Assembly: GCF_006345805.1 (NCBI RefSeq)
Contig: NC_043017.1
Span: 21,948,001-22,012,000 of the forward strand
Source: Octopus sinensis
Lineage: Eukaryota
Direction: 5' to 3'
Length of the DNA stretch: 64,000 nt
Below are positions 38,963 to 52,030 of this stretch, in pieces (positions within the stretch are counted from its first letter, which is position 1; every line of letters starts with the position of its first letter). Both the position numbers and the translations under genes were made by a program. The notes beneath the pieces are model-generated. The model made no database searches and was not told where the DNA came from. It saw only the letters and a program-made list of their open reading frames with translations.

Positions 38963-39000
38963 AGCTTGGGGAACAACCAAAAGACACAGGGAGTGAGGTG

Positions 39001-39275
39001 TAAACTGTAGGGAGGGTGAAGGACAGTTTAATGCCCATCCTTGTTAAGCAGTTGCTTACCAAGATAGAATCGTGGACTGGGCATTATCCTGCTGCAGGTG
39101 CTCAGCACTGAGCTCCCTATGAACAAACGTTGCACAATTTTTGTGCATGTTCAGATCTGCATAATTCAGTGCACAGTTGTCACACAAGCTCTAAACTGTG
39201 AGCTCTTTGTCTTTATCCAGTTTGCATTCAGAAAATTGTGAATTCTCTCAATCAGCTTTTCGATGTTCCGATGTC
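39001..39275 (-). pseudogene. Mariner transposase remnant related to 17170-17725
   Basis: QDNAQSTIL / ILVSNCLTRMGIK.VLHPPYSL (HDNA and PPYSPDL-type motifs); nucleotide collinearity with 17310-17545. Confidence 0.8.
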
Positions 39276-39349
39276 CTTTTCTTCTCACACCTCTCGTTAT
39301 CTCTTACCTCCTCTCAACTATTCTTGAGTCTATTGTACCTATTTCTTTA

Positions 39350-39570
39350 TAACCCACAAGGGGCTAAACATAGATGGGACAAATAAAGACAGACATAGGT
39401 ATTAAGTCGATTACATCGACCCCAGTGCGTAACTGGTGCTTAATTAATCAACCCTGAAAGGATGAAAGGCAAAGTCGACCTTGGTGGAATTTGAACTCAC
39501 AACGTAACGGCAGACGAAATACCGCAAAGCATTTCGCTCGGCGTGCTAATGCTTCTGCCAGCTCACCGTC
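39350..39570 (-). mobile_element. SINE family C, full length
   Basis: Near-consensus head and tail type 1. Confidence 0.9.
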
Positions 39571-39871
39571 AGTTCTTGAGTCTATTGTACCAACAAAAGA
39601 ATAGACACACATACATATACACACACACACACACTCACACAAAGAAGGACACACACACATACACACACATACCTTTTCTCTCTCTCACACACACACATGC
39701 AGTCTCTTTCTCTCTCACACATACACACCCTCTCTCTTTCTCTCTCTCTCACACACACTTTCTCTCACACTCTCCCTTTCACACACCCTCTCTCTTAGAC
39801 ATACACATACCTTTTCTCTCTCTCTCTTTCACATACACCTTCTCTCTCCCTCACTCACACACAAACACACG

Positions 39872-39906
<35 letters not shown>

Positions 39907-40819
39907 CCTCAAAGCCTTATACACCAAATAATCTAATTTATATATTCCTTGACGAAGCAAAATTACAGCTGCTCTTTTCTTTTCCTTATTATTCTTCAAT
40001 ATTTTCTTAAAGGAAAAAAAAAACAGAATTAAACAAAATAAAACAAATAAACAAAAGCTTCTTTGATAAACAATATTTCCTGGCATTTAATTGCATAAAT
40101 CTTATTTATATTTACCAGAAAAACACTACAAATGACTTTTCTGATTGAAATCAAAATATTCTTTCAAAATAATCGTAATTAATAATCTCCACACCTTGAT
40201 TGGTTTTGATATTGGTTCCTTCTTGGTTTTATTTTATTTCTTTGTTTTTTTTTTTTTTATCTTGGAAGCAGTGCTCCAGCATGGCCGCAGTCAACTGACT
40301 GAAACAAGTAAAAGAACAAAAGAATACACACAATGGGTTTCCACTCAGTTGATCTCTACCAAATTCACTCACAAAGCATTAGTCAGCCTTGGGTTTCAGG
40401 AGAGAAAACACTTGCTCAAGGTGCCATGCTTCAGATTGAACCTGAAACCACATGATTACAAAGCAAGCTTCTTAACTGCACAGCTTTAGTTTTTGTTTTT
40501 ACCATGTTTATTTAAGGGCCCACACAGGTGACTTTTTCATAAAGCAGGTTGCATGAGACATCTTTCATCGTTTGGTGGTCCTCACTACTAAAAAAATCCT
40601 GATGGATTTTCATTGACATACCATTCAGAAACCACTGCAGGCCACAATTTGCCCTTAACTATTTTAGGGATTTTGTTTTGATGACTTAAGTTGAAAAACA
40701 TTTTTTTTTAAATACAAAATATTCCAAATATCACCGTTCTCCTGCAGATACTACTAACCAGTTCCTAAACAACCTGACATCCCAGATTTAAGAGAAAAAG
40801 CATATATAAATAGATAGAG

Positions 40820-41228
40820 GTGCAGGAGTGGCTGTGTGGTAAGTAGCTTGCTTACCAACCACATGGTTCTGGGTTCAGTCCCACTGCGTGGCATCTTGGG
40901 CAAGTGTCTTCTACTATAGCCTTGGGCCGACCAAAGCCTTGTAAGTGGATTTGGTAGACGGAAACTGAAAGAAGCCCGTCGTATATATGTATATATATAT
41001 ATGTGTATGTATATGTGTGTGTATGTTTGTGTGTCTGTGTTTATCCGACCAACACCGCTTGACAACCGATGCTGGTGTGTTTACGTCCCCGTAACTTAGT
41101 GGTTCGGTAAAAGTGACCGATAGAATAAGTACTAAGGCTTCCAAAGAATAAGTCCTGGGGTCGATTTGATCGACTAAAGGCGGTGCTCTAGCATGGCTGC
41201 AGTCAAGTGACTGAAACAAGTAAAAGAG
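40820..41228 (+). mobile_element. SINE family A, full-length young copy
   Basis: Near-consensus; additional family A fragments at 40262-40485. Confidence 0.95.
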
Positions 41229-41789
41229 TAAAAGTAAAAGACAGAATGGAGAAATAGTTATTGAAGGAAGAATCTTAATGGTTAAATTAAAACATTTATA
41301 GTTCAGCAAAAGTTTTAATTAATTTTGGCTCTTCTTTGTAAGATGGAACTATTTCAGATTTTTCTGTCTTGTGTTGTTTTCAATTTTTGTTTTGCAATGA
41401 TCTTGGTATTCACAATCATATGATTCCTTTCCACCTAATTTCAGTCGGAGATAATCAAATATCCCAGTTGCATAATTTCTTCAACTTAATGTTACATTAA
41501 GATGAACTGTGTTGCAACATTAACAATTTTATAAAGCGTTAATTAAGTCTTTATGAAATTATATTGCATTTTGGAAAAAAATCAGTTTAAAAGAATGTCT
41601 TACTTGTAAATTATTCTTGTAGCAATTATAAGATTTACCAAATTAACTGACTCTAAATAAATGTATTGATTAGTTACGGCTGGGTGTGTCTTAATTTTTA
41701 TTTGAGATTAAACACGTTCAGTTTGTTTTTATGCGATTTTTCATTAGAATATTCTCAATTAAATAGCAGTAAATTAATGTTGTGACCTG

Positions 41790-42070
41790 TCGATGTGGAG
41801 GTGTATGCATTGCAAACAGCAGGAGGTCTGTTTGTTCATTCTTTGGCACACTTGGACTCCACACCTCCACTTTTCTGTCATAGCTGTGGCCTCTGGTATG
41901 GCCAGGATTGTGCCTCCACCTCACTGCCATCCCAACATCGTCATTGCTTCTTTCATCCTCACCTTCCCATGACAGCCTTTATCTCTGCCCACCAGCATGT
42001 CTCCATTGCTGCTCCACTGGCTGATATCCTATAGATGTCAATGTTTGTTCTTGTCACCTTCTGCAATCAA
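41790..42070 (-). pseudogene. Possible RTE-like LINE C-terminal remnant
   Basis: GC-richer segment; minus frame gives AMTEKWRCGV, resembling the RTE terminal DR.KWR..V motif; weak. Confidence 0.3.
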
Positions 42071-42223
42071 TTGCCTGCTTGATCTTCGAGCTATGTACCC
42101 TGTTAATTAACTATACTTCTCTACATTGAGAGGTCATAGTTCTGATATTATGCACATGTAATTTGAACCAAATGGCCAGAGACCTTGAAGGAGAGCAAGA
42201 ATGAGTTGGTTGGATAATAATAG

Positions 42224-42630
42224 GTGCAGGCGTGGCTGTGTGGTAAGAAGCTTGCTTCCCAATCACATGGTTCCGAGTTCAGTCACACTGCATGGTACAC
42301 TGGGCAAGTCTCTTCTACTATAGCGTCAGGCTAAACAAAGCCTTGTGAGTGGATTTGTTAGACAGAAACTGAGAGAAGCCCACCATATATATATATATGT
42401 GTGTGTGTGTATACATTTGTGTGTTTCTTCCCCCACCACCATCACTTGACAACCAAAATTGGTGTATTTATGTCCCCGTAACTTAGCAGTTCAGCAAAAA
42501 AATAAAAACGATAGAATAAGTACTAGGCTTACAGAAAATAAGTCCTGGGGCTGATCTGTTTGACTAAAACCCCTTAAGGTGATGCTCCAGCATGACTGCA
42601 GTCAAATGACTGAAACAAGCAAGAGAATAG
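42224..42630 (+). mobile_element. SINE family A, full length
   Basis: Complete head, core and tail. Confidence 0.9.
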
Positions 42631-43140
42631 AAGGATAGTCTCAACTGGTCACACTTGAGAACCCAGCCAGAAATTGTAATGAGGGCTGCTTCTGAGAGGA
42701 CCCTATAGGAGAGGTGTCTGGGGACTCTACCTCTATGACCTCCTCAGGAATAGTAGATGGAAAAGATGGATAGATAATGAATGGATATATGAGTGTTGTT
42801 ATTGCTGTTGTGGTTGTTAATCTCTAGATTAGGCTTGATCCTGTCAACATATGACCAAACACGTTTAAGTTATGGCTAAGCCATCTTTATACAAGTGCTG
42901 GTATACCTTGGACTACATTATTCAATGTGTTTCATATTTTTTTTTAAGGGCAATAAGGTAGTGACAAGGAACTCTGGACAAATATGTCAGCAATAAAATG
43001 GTTGGTGACAGAAAGAATAAATGGTCATCGAAAGCCTGCTAGAAATGGAACATATGAGTGAGACATGGTTCCTGACACAACTTGGAAGACTGGTAACTTG
43101 GAATCAGACTGACTTGGACAGTGATGACCTGTCCAACCCA

Positions 43141-43174
<34 letters not shown>

Positions 43175-43199
43175 ACATGCATGTGTGTGTATGTGTAGC

Positions 43200-43590
43200 T
43201 GTTATCTTTTTATTGTTTCAATCATTAGACTGCGACCATGCCGGAGCAATGCCTTGAAGAAATTTTAGTCAAACGAATTGACTCCAGTGCTTATTGTTAA
43301 GCTTGATAGATATTCTATCGATCCCTTTGCTGAACTGCTAAGTTATTGGGATGTGAACAAACTATCACAGGTTGTCAAGCAGTAGTGGGACACATGCAAA
43401 CACACACACACACACACACATATATACATGATGGGCTTCTTTCAGTTTCTGTCTACTAAATCCATTCACAAGTGTTTTGTCTGCCCGAGGCTATAGTAGA
43501 AGGCACTTGCCTAAGATGCCATGCAATGGTACTGAACTCGGAACCATGTTGTTGGGAAGCTAACTTCTTACCAATCGGCCATGACTACGC
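43200..43590 (-). mobile_element. SINE family A, full length, diverged
   Basis: ttcaatcattagactgcgaccatgccggagc...cttcttaccaatcggccatg. Confidence 0.85.
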
Positions 43591-44399
43591 ATATATTTAT
43601 GTGTAAAATTATTCAAAATCATTTCCAAACCTAACCCATATCACGGAAAAAGAAAACAATGATCACGCAGTTAAAATACATCTTTGAAAAAATAAAGTGC
43701 TGGAAAGTTATAGGTTAACTGAATCTGTCGAAATAATAACAATAAAACAAAAAAGAACAAGAAACAAATGGACATAGAATAATATATATTTAGATGCTTT
43801 TTATTTGGATCTTATTTATAGCAGGGGTCAAAGGATATCACCAATCACCAGTTCCTGAAGCAAATGCTTTTTTTTTTTTTTTTGTATAAACATAACTTGG
43901 TTCTTCATGCAGAAGAAGTCTAATCATGTAGGAGAATGGAAAAACTGTCAATATCTATTATACATGCAGTTTTATGACCACTTTCCCATGTTAGCAACAG
44001 CATGAGAGGAATAAATCAGACTTGATGTCAGTATGGTTAGTGTTTTAATAAAGAAAATGTAATTTTAAAAAATAATGAAGAAGTCGGGTAAGGTGACCTA
44101 TCCAGGGGTATGGAAAAATGGATGGAGCTTGATATGAGCTCAGAATATTAAAACTGGATGGTTCTTGTTTTTCTCATTTTTTCTCTCCTTCTCAGTATTT
44201 ATCAAGGCTGGATCAACCATTTAGCAAAATAAGCATGTGCTTAGGGAATCAAGGGAAGTGGGGGGGGTCACCACAGAAATGGTAAATGGTTTACAGCACA
44301 AAAGAAATCACTTTAAACTTGCTGAAATAATATTCTAAGGGGTTTATATGATAGGAAATATAAATTTCAGAATGTTCATGGTGTGATATTGAGGATCTC

Positions 44400-44793
44400 A
44401 TTCACCTTTGAATGAGAGCATGTATCCCGGCCCGTAAAATTTTGTTCTTTGAGCCATGTTTTCACTACAGATTTCACTTCCTTGTTACTGGAATAATGTT
44501 TGCTTCTCAAACCCTCTTTCATGGGGTCAAAGAGATGATAGTCCAGTGACAAGGAAGTGAAAACTGTAATGAAGAAGTGGCTCAAAGAACAGTCAACAGA
44601 ATTTTGTGGGGCAGGGATAGATGCTCTCATTCGAAGGTGGAACATTGCCATTGAGAGAAACAGTGACTATGTTGAGAAGTAGGGATGTGATCCACAGAGG
44701 ACCAGCTTCATTTTGATGGATGATACAAGTTTCTGTGTTGGTAATTATACCTGTCCTAAACAAAATAGCATTACTTTTTGACTCATCCTCATA
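44400..44793. pseudogene. Mariner C-terminal remnant joined to an inverted paralogous fragment
   Basis: Minus: DYHLFDPMKEGLRSKHYSSNKEVKSVVKTWLKEQ; plus: SSDKEVKTVMKKWLKEQSTEF..GIDALIRRWNIAIERNSDYVEK*, then TIR ttactttttgactcatcctca|TA. Confidence 0.88.
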
Positions 44794-45139
44794 TATTAAC
44801 AGATAAGAGTGAACGTTGCAAGTTGTAGACAACAGTTTTTGTACCTCAGAAGCTGAAATTACTCACAGGGAGTAGATTTTTTTCACAAAGAAGTTTGTAA
44901 CCTTTTTGATATTTTCCTGAAGTTTATTATTTTTTAGCTCTCGACAGAAAACCTAAAAATACTGCTTATGCCTAAACGATGCAATAAACACTGGAAAAAT
45001 TTACTGATTAAAAAGTAATTAATTTAAAGTAATTACACAAATTAGTACAGTATTTAGAAACAAACCATGTTGTTCCATGTAAGTGAATAAAAAATGTGAG
45101 AATGAAATATTAATTTTGGTTCTCTCTCTCTCTTTCGGA

Positions 45140-45542
45140 GAGGCACTGAGCAGCTATACGCACACATACACACACGGCAGTAACCCCCGCCTACCGAATT
45201 CAATCACAAAGCTCCGGTCGGCTCGGGGCTATAGCGGAAGACACCTACCCAAAGTGCCACACAGTGGGACTGAACCCGAAACCATGTAGCTAGGAAGCAA
45301 GCTCCCTAACCACACAGCCATGCCCGCGCTGTGGCCATGCTGGATCATTACTTTGAAAAGTTTTGTTGAACAAATTCATTCAACTACTGTTTTTTTGTTT
45401 TTGTTTTTTGGTTTTGTACTAATTTTATCAGTCTTTTATGCCAAACTGCTAGGTTATAGGGTAGTAAGCGAAATAACACTAATTGTCAAATAATAGTTTA
45501 TGACGGAGGGGACAAACACAAAGACACATATCTATCTATCTA

Positions 45543-45590
<48 letters not shown>

Positions 45591-45880
45591 CCAATCTATG
45601 TATCTATCTAGCTATCTATCTATTTATCCATCTATCTATCTGTCTGTCTGTCTGTCTATCTACACACAAATACATACACACACACAAACACACACACACA
45701 AACACACACATGTATACAATGGGCTTCCAGGCAGTTTCTGTCAACCAAATACACCCACAAGGCATTGGTCAGGCCAAGGCTATAGCAGAAGACACCTGCC
45801 CTAGGTTCCACACAGTAGGATTGAACCTGGAACCACATCATGGTTACTAAGTAAGCTTCTTAACCAGACAGTCATACCTA
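45140..45880 (-). mobile_element. Two SINE family A pieces (5' half 45140-45330; diverged full copy 45330-45880)
   Basis: Head motifs gggactgaacccgaaaccatg and gattgaacctggaacc; (TCTG)n/(TATC)n core. Confidence 0.75.
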
Positions 45881-46167
45881 CATCTTCCAGGCTTACACAA
45901 AAACAACAATTCTGAATGAATCAATATTGCCCGGCCGACTAAAGATTTTCAGCATCTTTTTAATGTAATTTATTGAAAAAATATAAGTTTGTGAAGCTGT
46001 ATTTATTTTAGGTATTAACAAACCAAAGCCAAGCAAGATATTCACTGCTGCTAGTTTATAATAGACTTGAAATGCCATAGGCAAAAATTTCATTTTATCT
46101 TAGTATTTTTTCATCCCTCTATAAAAAAATTGCTATTTATATCATTAATATAGTCTGTTTTTTTTAA

Positions 46168-46278
46168 CCCTTTAGCATTTAGGCCAGTAAGATCCAGCCA
46201 AAATGTTCAACCTGTTTTATACTCAAACCAAACAGATCTGTCCTCTTGCATCTACCCAACAATATCATTCTAAAAATG
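46168..46278. mobile_element. Truncated piggyBac-like MITE
   Basis: TTAA|CCCTTTAGCATT start, collinear with 19304. Confidence 0.7.
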
Positions 46279-48664
46279 CTCATGTAGCCATCCGGTGGGT
46301 GAACTGAGCCGTGATGTCCTTCTAGATGCAATTCCATGGTCATTCATGACCGAAGGGGGTTCTTTACCCTTTTTGATATCACAATCTATTGGTTCAGGTG
46401 TTGCTATGTGGGTTTGATCCCTAACCACATGGTTTTGGATTCAGAACCACAGTGTGGTACCTAGGACAAGTGTCTTTTACTATAGCCCTGGGTCAATTAA
46501 AGAATTGTGAGTGGATTTGGTCGGAAGAAAACTGAAAGACAATAGCATCTCATCAACAGGTGCTAGGTTGACTAATATAAGACTATTTCTTGCTTTTTCT
46601 GCATACTGACATTATTACACTTTTCAAAAATCCAAAAGCAAACAAAAATTTAAGAACTTAAATTCCATTTCTGGAGGTTTAAAATTTATGCATTTGGAAA
46701 TTCTCACAAATTTTCAGCACTGATAATAAATGTATTTTACACAACTCAGATATTTAAATTAGCCTGAAATGAGAAGACAGAGAGGCATGATCAGCCAGAA
46801 AAAAAAAAAAATTATGTAAAAATCGAAGCTGAAGACAAATTGTAGTTTAGCTTGTCCAAATTCTTCTTGCATAGCATTCTTTCATTGATAATCTCTCCAT
46901 AGAAAATTAGTTGGCAGTGATTTTAGGAAACAGGCCACTAATTGAACTGTTGTAACAGAAACCACAAGAGAGGGGAAAAAGAAAAATTAAATAAGACAAA
47001 ACAAAGAAAAGGAAAAAGTAACTAAAGAGGCAAAGATAAGCAGGTAGATATTGATTCTCATCCAAATAGGCACACAACTCCCATTAGGCTCACCTGAAGT
47101 GGGAGTGTGAAGCAAGATTCTTAGACAGATATACTGGATAAAGACATCTTGCATCGATGCTAGGCCTTCCTGTCATTGATTTTATTTACTTAAAGACAGC
47201 CACATTGATTAGATTTGCAATAATGGAAATAACATTTACAACCGGTGGCTTGTTTATTTTTATTTCCTTCAATTTCATTTTATTTCATTAAAATTTAATT
47301 CAACGACTGACAAAATTTTTTTCTATTTTAGTCATTTTATTTACTCCTTTTTTTTACTTTCCAGTTTTTATTTTATTTTATTTATTTATTTTTAAAATTT
47401 TTTTGCTAAACAATTTTTTCTAAATCATAATTGCCTCTAGAATGCTAGCGGGCTTTAAATAGTAGTTTTAATGAAAATATCCTGCAATAGGAAATGGAGA
47501 TAGCATTTTGACTTCCACATTTTTTCTCCCAACCAAAAAAAAAAAAAAAAAAGACCAAAAATAGAAATAATAATAATAATAAATTAATTCTTCACTGAAG
47601 AAAAGTCTACAAAAATCAATGTTTAATTCTGAAAAAAAAAAAAAAAGAGTCCCTGAAATTTTCGATAGCAAAAGAAAACTATTTGAATCCTAAATACAGT
47701 TGCTGATTGAGCAACAAGTAAAAGACTTCGTGAAAATAAGGTTTTCTAAAAAAACACAAGAAATATGTTGGCTAAGCATTTAAGTTATCGGATTAACCTA
47801 ACTGGAATTGCCAATTCATTGTAAATACACACCATATCCACATCATTCTGGGTACATCTCTAAATTGCTGCAGAGTTCTGATACAAGGAAAGATAAACTG
47901 TACTCGAAATTCATTCTTCAAATATTTATGGCAGGAAAATAAGTCTATCTCTAAAATCTTGCTTGCAGAGCTTTTTACAAAAGTTTTGGAATTTTCACTG
48001 TTTTAGACTGGAAAAGGAGCAAATATTGTCTTGCTTTTTTTTTGTGGTAAAAATAAATTTGTAGAGGAAAGACACAAGTCCCGATGATTCCTTTTTGTAA
48101 CACCGATGTATTTATGAGAATTATTATAACCTCATTATCACAAAATGTTTCTGCATCTCCGAAAACATAATGTCAAAAATCAGCAAAAAAGAGGAGATTA
48201 TACTTTTATCATATTTACTGGTTCCAGTCATTAGACTGGCCATGCTGGGGCACTCTCTTCGAGGGTTTAAAATATCAAATCAACTGAAGGGTCGTTAGAC
48301 AAGAATGAGAGGAAAATAGTGAACACTGTGAGAAATATTTTCTTAAAACGAGAAAAGATAGAAGAGAGAGGAAAAGATGTCTGCTCTTTTGAACTTCCGT
48401 GCAGGAAAAAGAAAGACAGACGATGGTTACGTGTGAGCAACAAGAAACAGACAGACAAACAGAAAGAGAGAAAGGGAGAAAGAAAGAGAGAGAGACAGAT
48501 AGAAAATGGTGAAGGAGGGAGGGGGAGAAAAATGGAATTAGAGAAGGATGGAGGAAGAAAACAGTATAGAGAAGAGAGTTACATAAAAAAGGTGAAGATA
48601 AACTTACTTGGAAATGGATGCATGGTGTTCAATTAAATAGTAAGTAGTAAATGATATATAGTAT

Positions 48665-48698
<34 letters not shown>

Positions 48699-48721
48699 TC
48701 AGCTAAGCATCTATTACACTC

Positions 48722-48879
48722 AGAAAGTGGTTGGCATTAGGAAGGGTGTCTAGCGACAGAAACCATGCCACAACAGACAGTTAGAATGTGGTCAGCTCTG
48801 TATCAATCTGTCCAACCCAAGCCAGCATTGAGAACAGATGTTAAACGATGATAATGATAATGATGATGAAGATGATGAT

Positions 48880-48880
<1 letters not shown>
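48722..48880 (+). mobile_element. Family B with (GAT)n tail
   Basis: gtggttggcattaggaagggtgtctagc...ctgtccaacccaagccagcattg...gttaaacgatgat. Confidence 0.8.
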
Positions 48881-48941
<61 letters not shown>

Positions 48942-49299
48942 CTTTATGTATAATGTTGACAGTAAGCCTTCAATTATCTCTGTCGAAAAGGAATTTTCAA
49001 CACAATATTTGCATGCTATTATTTATAGTTATATTTGCTTCAAGATCCACTATTCACCAAAACAAATATATGTGTGCCTCTGTGTGTGTGTGTGTGTGTG
49101 TGTGCGTGGGGGGATGTGGGTGTGTGTGTGTGAATATATGGTGTCAAGAAGGGCATGTGGCCACAGAAAAAGTGTCACAATAAACTCCTTCAAATGCATG
49201 CAAGCATCGAAAAGGGAACATTAAAAAGATGAAGATGAGAATGTATGTATACATATATAATTATATGTATGTGTGTGTATAATATAATATAATATAATA

Positions 49300-49354
<55 letters not shown>

Positions 49355-49764
49355 ATATATGTATATATATAAAAGGACTTCCTATATTTTTATGTATCTG
49401 TATTTGGGGATGAAGGATCATAAAGGAAAAGATTCTTTTCAGTGTTTAAGACACATATACATAAGAAAATTCAATGAGATTCTGGAAATGCAATTATAAC
49501 GCACCTCTATCTCTAGAGCAGCATGTAGCATTGACCATAAACTGGCAGTTATCCAACATTTGCTGGGTAAATAATATTTCGACAAAACTAAAGACAGAGC
49601 CGTATTGCAGTCCACACTTGAATGCTAAGAAGTGTATTAATGGTCGTCTTGAAATAACAAGCTGACCCAATGATTTAATTAAATACTATTCAGTACAGTG
49701 TATTGGTGAAAGTAAGAGTGGTGGTAGAATGGGGTGTGATTTTAGTTGTAGTTGCTGTTGATGG

Positions 49765-49975
49765 TGTTTAGCCATGTGTCAGTCCTGATTGAGTAGCAGA
49801 CCTATGATTAAAGGCGTTCCAACCATGGCTGTCTTGTCTCTTTAGGAGTATGTAGGACAACATTAGATGACATTATTTGATTTATCGTTTTGTTATTTAT
49901 AATAGCAGAGTGTGATTTGAGCAGGGTTTAGCTGCTGTTTTCTTCACGGGTTGAACGACCACAAACAAATTCCCT
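49765..49975 (+). repeat. Interspersed repeat family E
   Basis: gtttagcc...cctgattgagtagcagacctatgattaaaggcgttcc...gtgtgatttgag; related pieces at ~42815, ~51290 and ~57340. Confidence 0.55.
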
Positions 49976-50279
49976 TACTGTGTGTAGCAGTAATGTTCAG
50001 TTGTAATAACCTGGAACCATGTGGTTGGTAAGCAAGCTGCTTACCACACAGCCACTCCTACGCTAATAAAATATGAAATATTTTATTGAATTTACTAAGT
50101 TTGCTTGTTAAGATGGACTTAATGCCACCAGACAATAATTGTCACTTTACAGCAGAAGTATTCCAACAACAGAATAATTAGCACAAACGATGTAAGAGGC
50201 ATTTTCCACTAATTGGTGTTAATTGCAAAATGTGATTCTGAAATTAAAACTAGCATTCTATGATGGTAAATGTTTCAGT

Positions 50280-50547
50280 TGGTTCTATCAACGGAACAGA
50301 CTGCTTGTGAAGTTGACATTCAAGTGGCTGAGTACTCCACAGACATGCATACCCTTAATGCAGTTCTCAGTGAGATTCAGCATGACACAGAGTGAGCCAA
50401 GGATGACCCTTTGTACTACTGATACAACTCATTTTTGCCAGTTGAGCGAACTGATGCAGCATTAAATAAAGTGTCTTGCTCAAGGACAGAATGCACCATC
50501 AGGAACCGAACTTATAACCTTGCTATTGTGAGCTGATTACCCCTAAC
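50280..50547 (-). mobile_element. SINE family D, diverged
   Basis: Reverse complement of the 34167 copy, including gtggctgagtactccacagac. Confidence 0.85.
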
Positions 50548-51371
50548 CACTAAGCCACCATGTGCCTTTATATTTGAAAGTGTATTGTGTGTGTGTGCAT
50601 GTGTGTGCATGTGCATGTGTGTGTGCATGTGGTGGGGGAACTCAATTCCTAACTAACTAAGAACATTTCTTAAATTCAGTGAATCTTGGGAATATTCCAA
50701 GAGTCTGAGAAGTTCCTATGTGTGAAGATTTTTGAGTAGATAAAGAACTGTACAACACTGAATCCATTTTCCATTGCAATCAGTTTATAACACCAGTGGC
50801 ACAACAGAGGTTCAGGTGACCAGAAACTGACAGATCTCCCGAGTTTTTTTATATCAAGCATACCTTCTCTAAGAAAGTTCTAACAAGAACTTCGTTACTT
50901 TTATTCCTACCTCAGTTCATCTAATTGTATATATCTATCGTTAATTTTCATAAAAAGCCTTTATTTTTTTTTGATTTTCCAATGTGCAATTTCTTTTATT
51001 TTTCTTCTTACTTCCCCCTCTCTGTGTGTGCGTGTGTGTTATGTGAAGTATGACATATAAAAGATCTCTAAATTGCTAAATTTGTTGACTTGAAATTTGA
51101 AGTAAATAATGCTGCTGCTGCTAGCTACATGCTCTTTTACAGCACAAAATGGCAAGCACTTAACAGAGGTTAATTGATGACAAACTAATTTATCACTCAT
51201 GACAAGAAATCTTACTTCATACGAGATAAGGAGGGGGTATTCTCTCAGAAGCCAAGGAAGATGTCCAAATACAGTGCATGTCATTGTTGTTTAGCCCCAG
51301 GTCAGCCTTGGTCACATACACCTTTTACCAAATGCATTTCTGTGCGATTTTCCTATCTTTTCTCTAAAGTA

Positions 51372-51615
51372 TTGGGTCGTCCCATAAATAATACGTTTTT
51401 TCAATTACATGAGCTAAAAGTCGAAGAGGGATGGGATAAACTACCTGCATCAACTTGCTATAAAAGCAGGTGGTAATTTTACCTTGTGCTTATTCTTGGT
51501 GCAAATGTCGAAGAGTACAGTTCGATTTTAACAGTTTTTTTTCAAAGCTATAATGGAAGTAACAAAGGAGTATATTTGGCATATTTTGCTTTATGAGTTC
51601 AATAAAGGCAACAAC

Positions 51616-51616
<1 letters not shown>
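51372..51616 (+). mobile_element. 5' end of a mariner element (left TIR, 5' UTR, transposase start), truncated at (TA)n
   Basis: TA|TTGGGTCGTCCCATAAATAAT; ATG 51553 MEVTKEYIWHILLYEFNKGNN resembles mariner N-termini. Confidence 0.82.
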
Positions 51617-51646
<30 letters not shown>

Positions 51647-51684
51647 CTATATATATGTTCATATATTATATATGTTTATATATA

Positions 51685-51729
<45 letters not shown>

Positions 51730-51735
51730 GACATG

Positions 51736-51780
<45 letters not shown>

Positions 51781-52030
51781 GTGAGGGCACGTGGCCTAGT
51801 GGTTAGGGTATTGTTCTTGAGCAAATCACTTCATCTCACGTTGTTCTGCAATCACTTTGACACTTGACCTGTGATTCATTGTGTACTTGTCCAGGCAATG
51901 TGGATTTAACAGAGACAGTGAGCTAATATACAGCACGTACTTTTGATCACAATAAACAAATCATCTGTCCAGGATGATTAGCAAAACTTAAACACTCATC
52001 TATCATCTGAGACAGGAGATTTCATCATAT
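51781..52030 (+). mobile_element. SINE family D head with alternative tail (as at ~12327)
   Basis: gagggcacgtggcctagtggttagg...gttctgcaatcactttgacac...gagctaat; matches 12327-12600. Confidence 0.7.
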
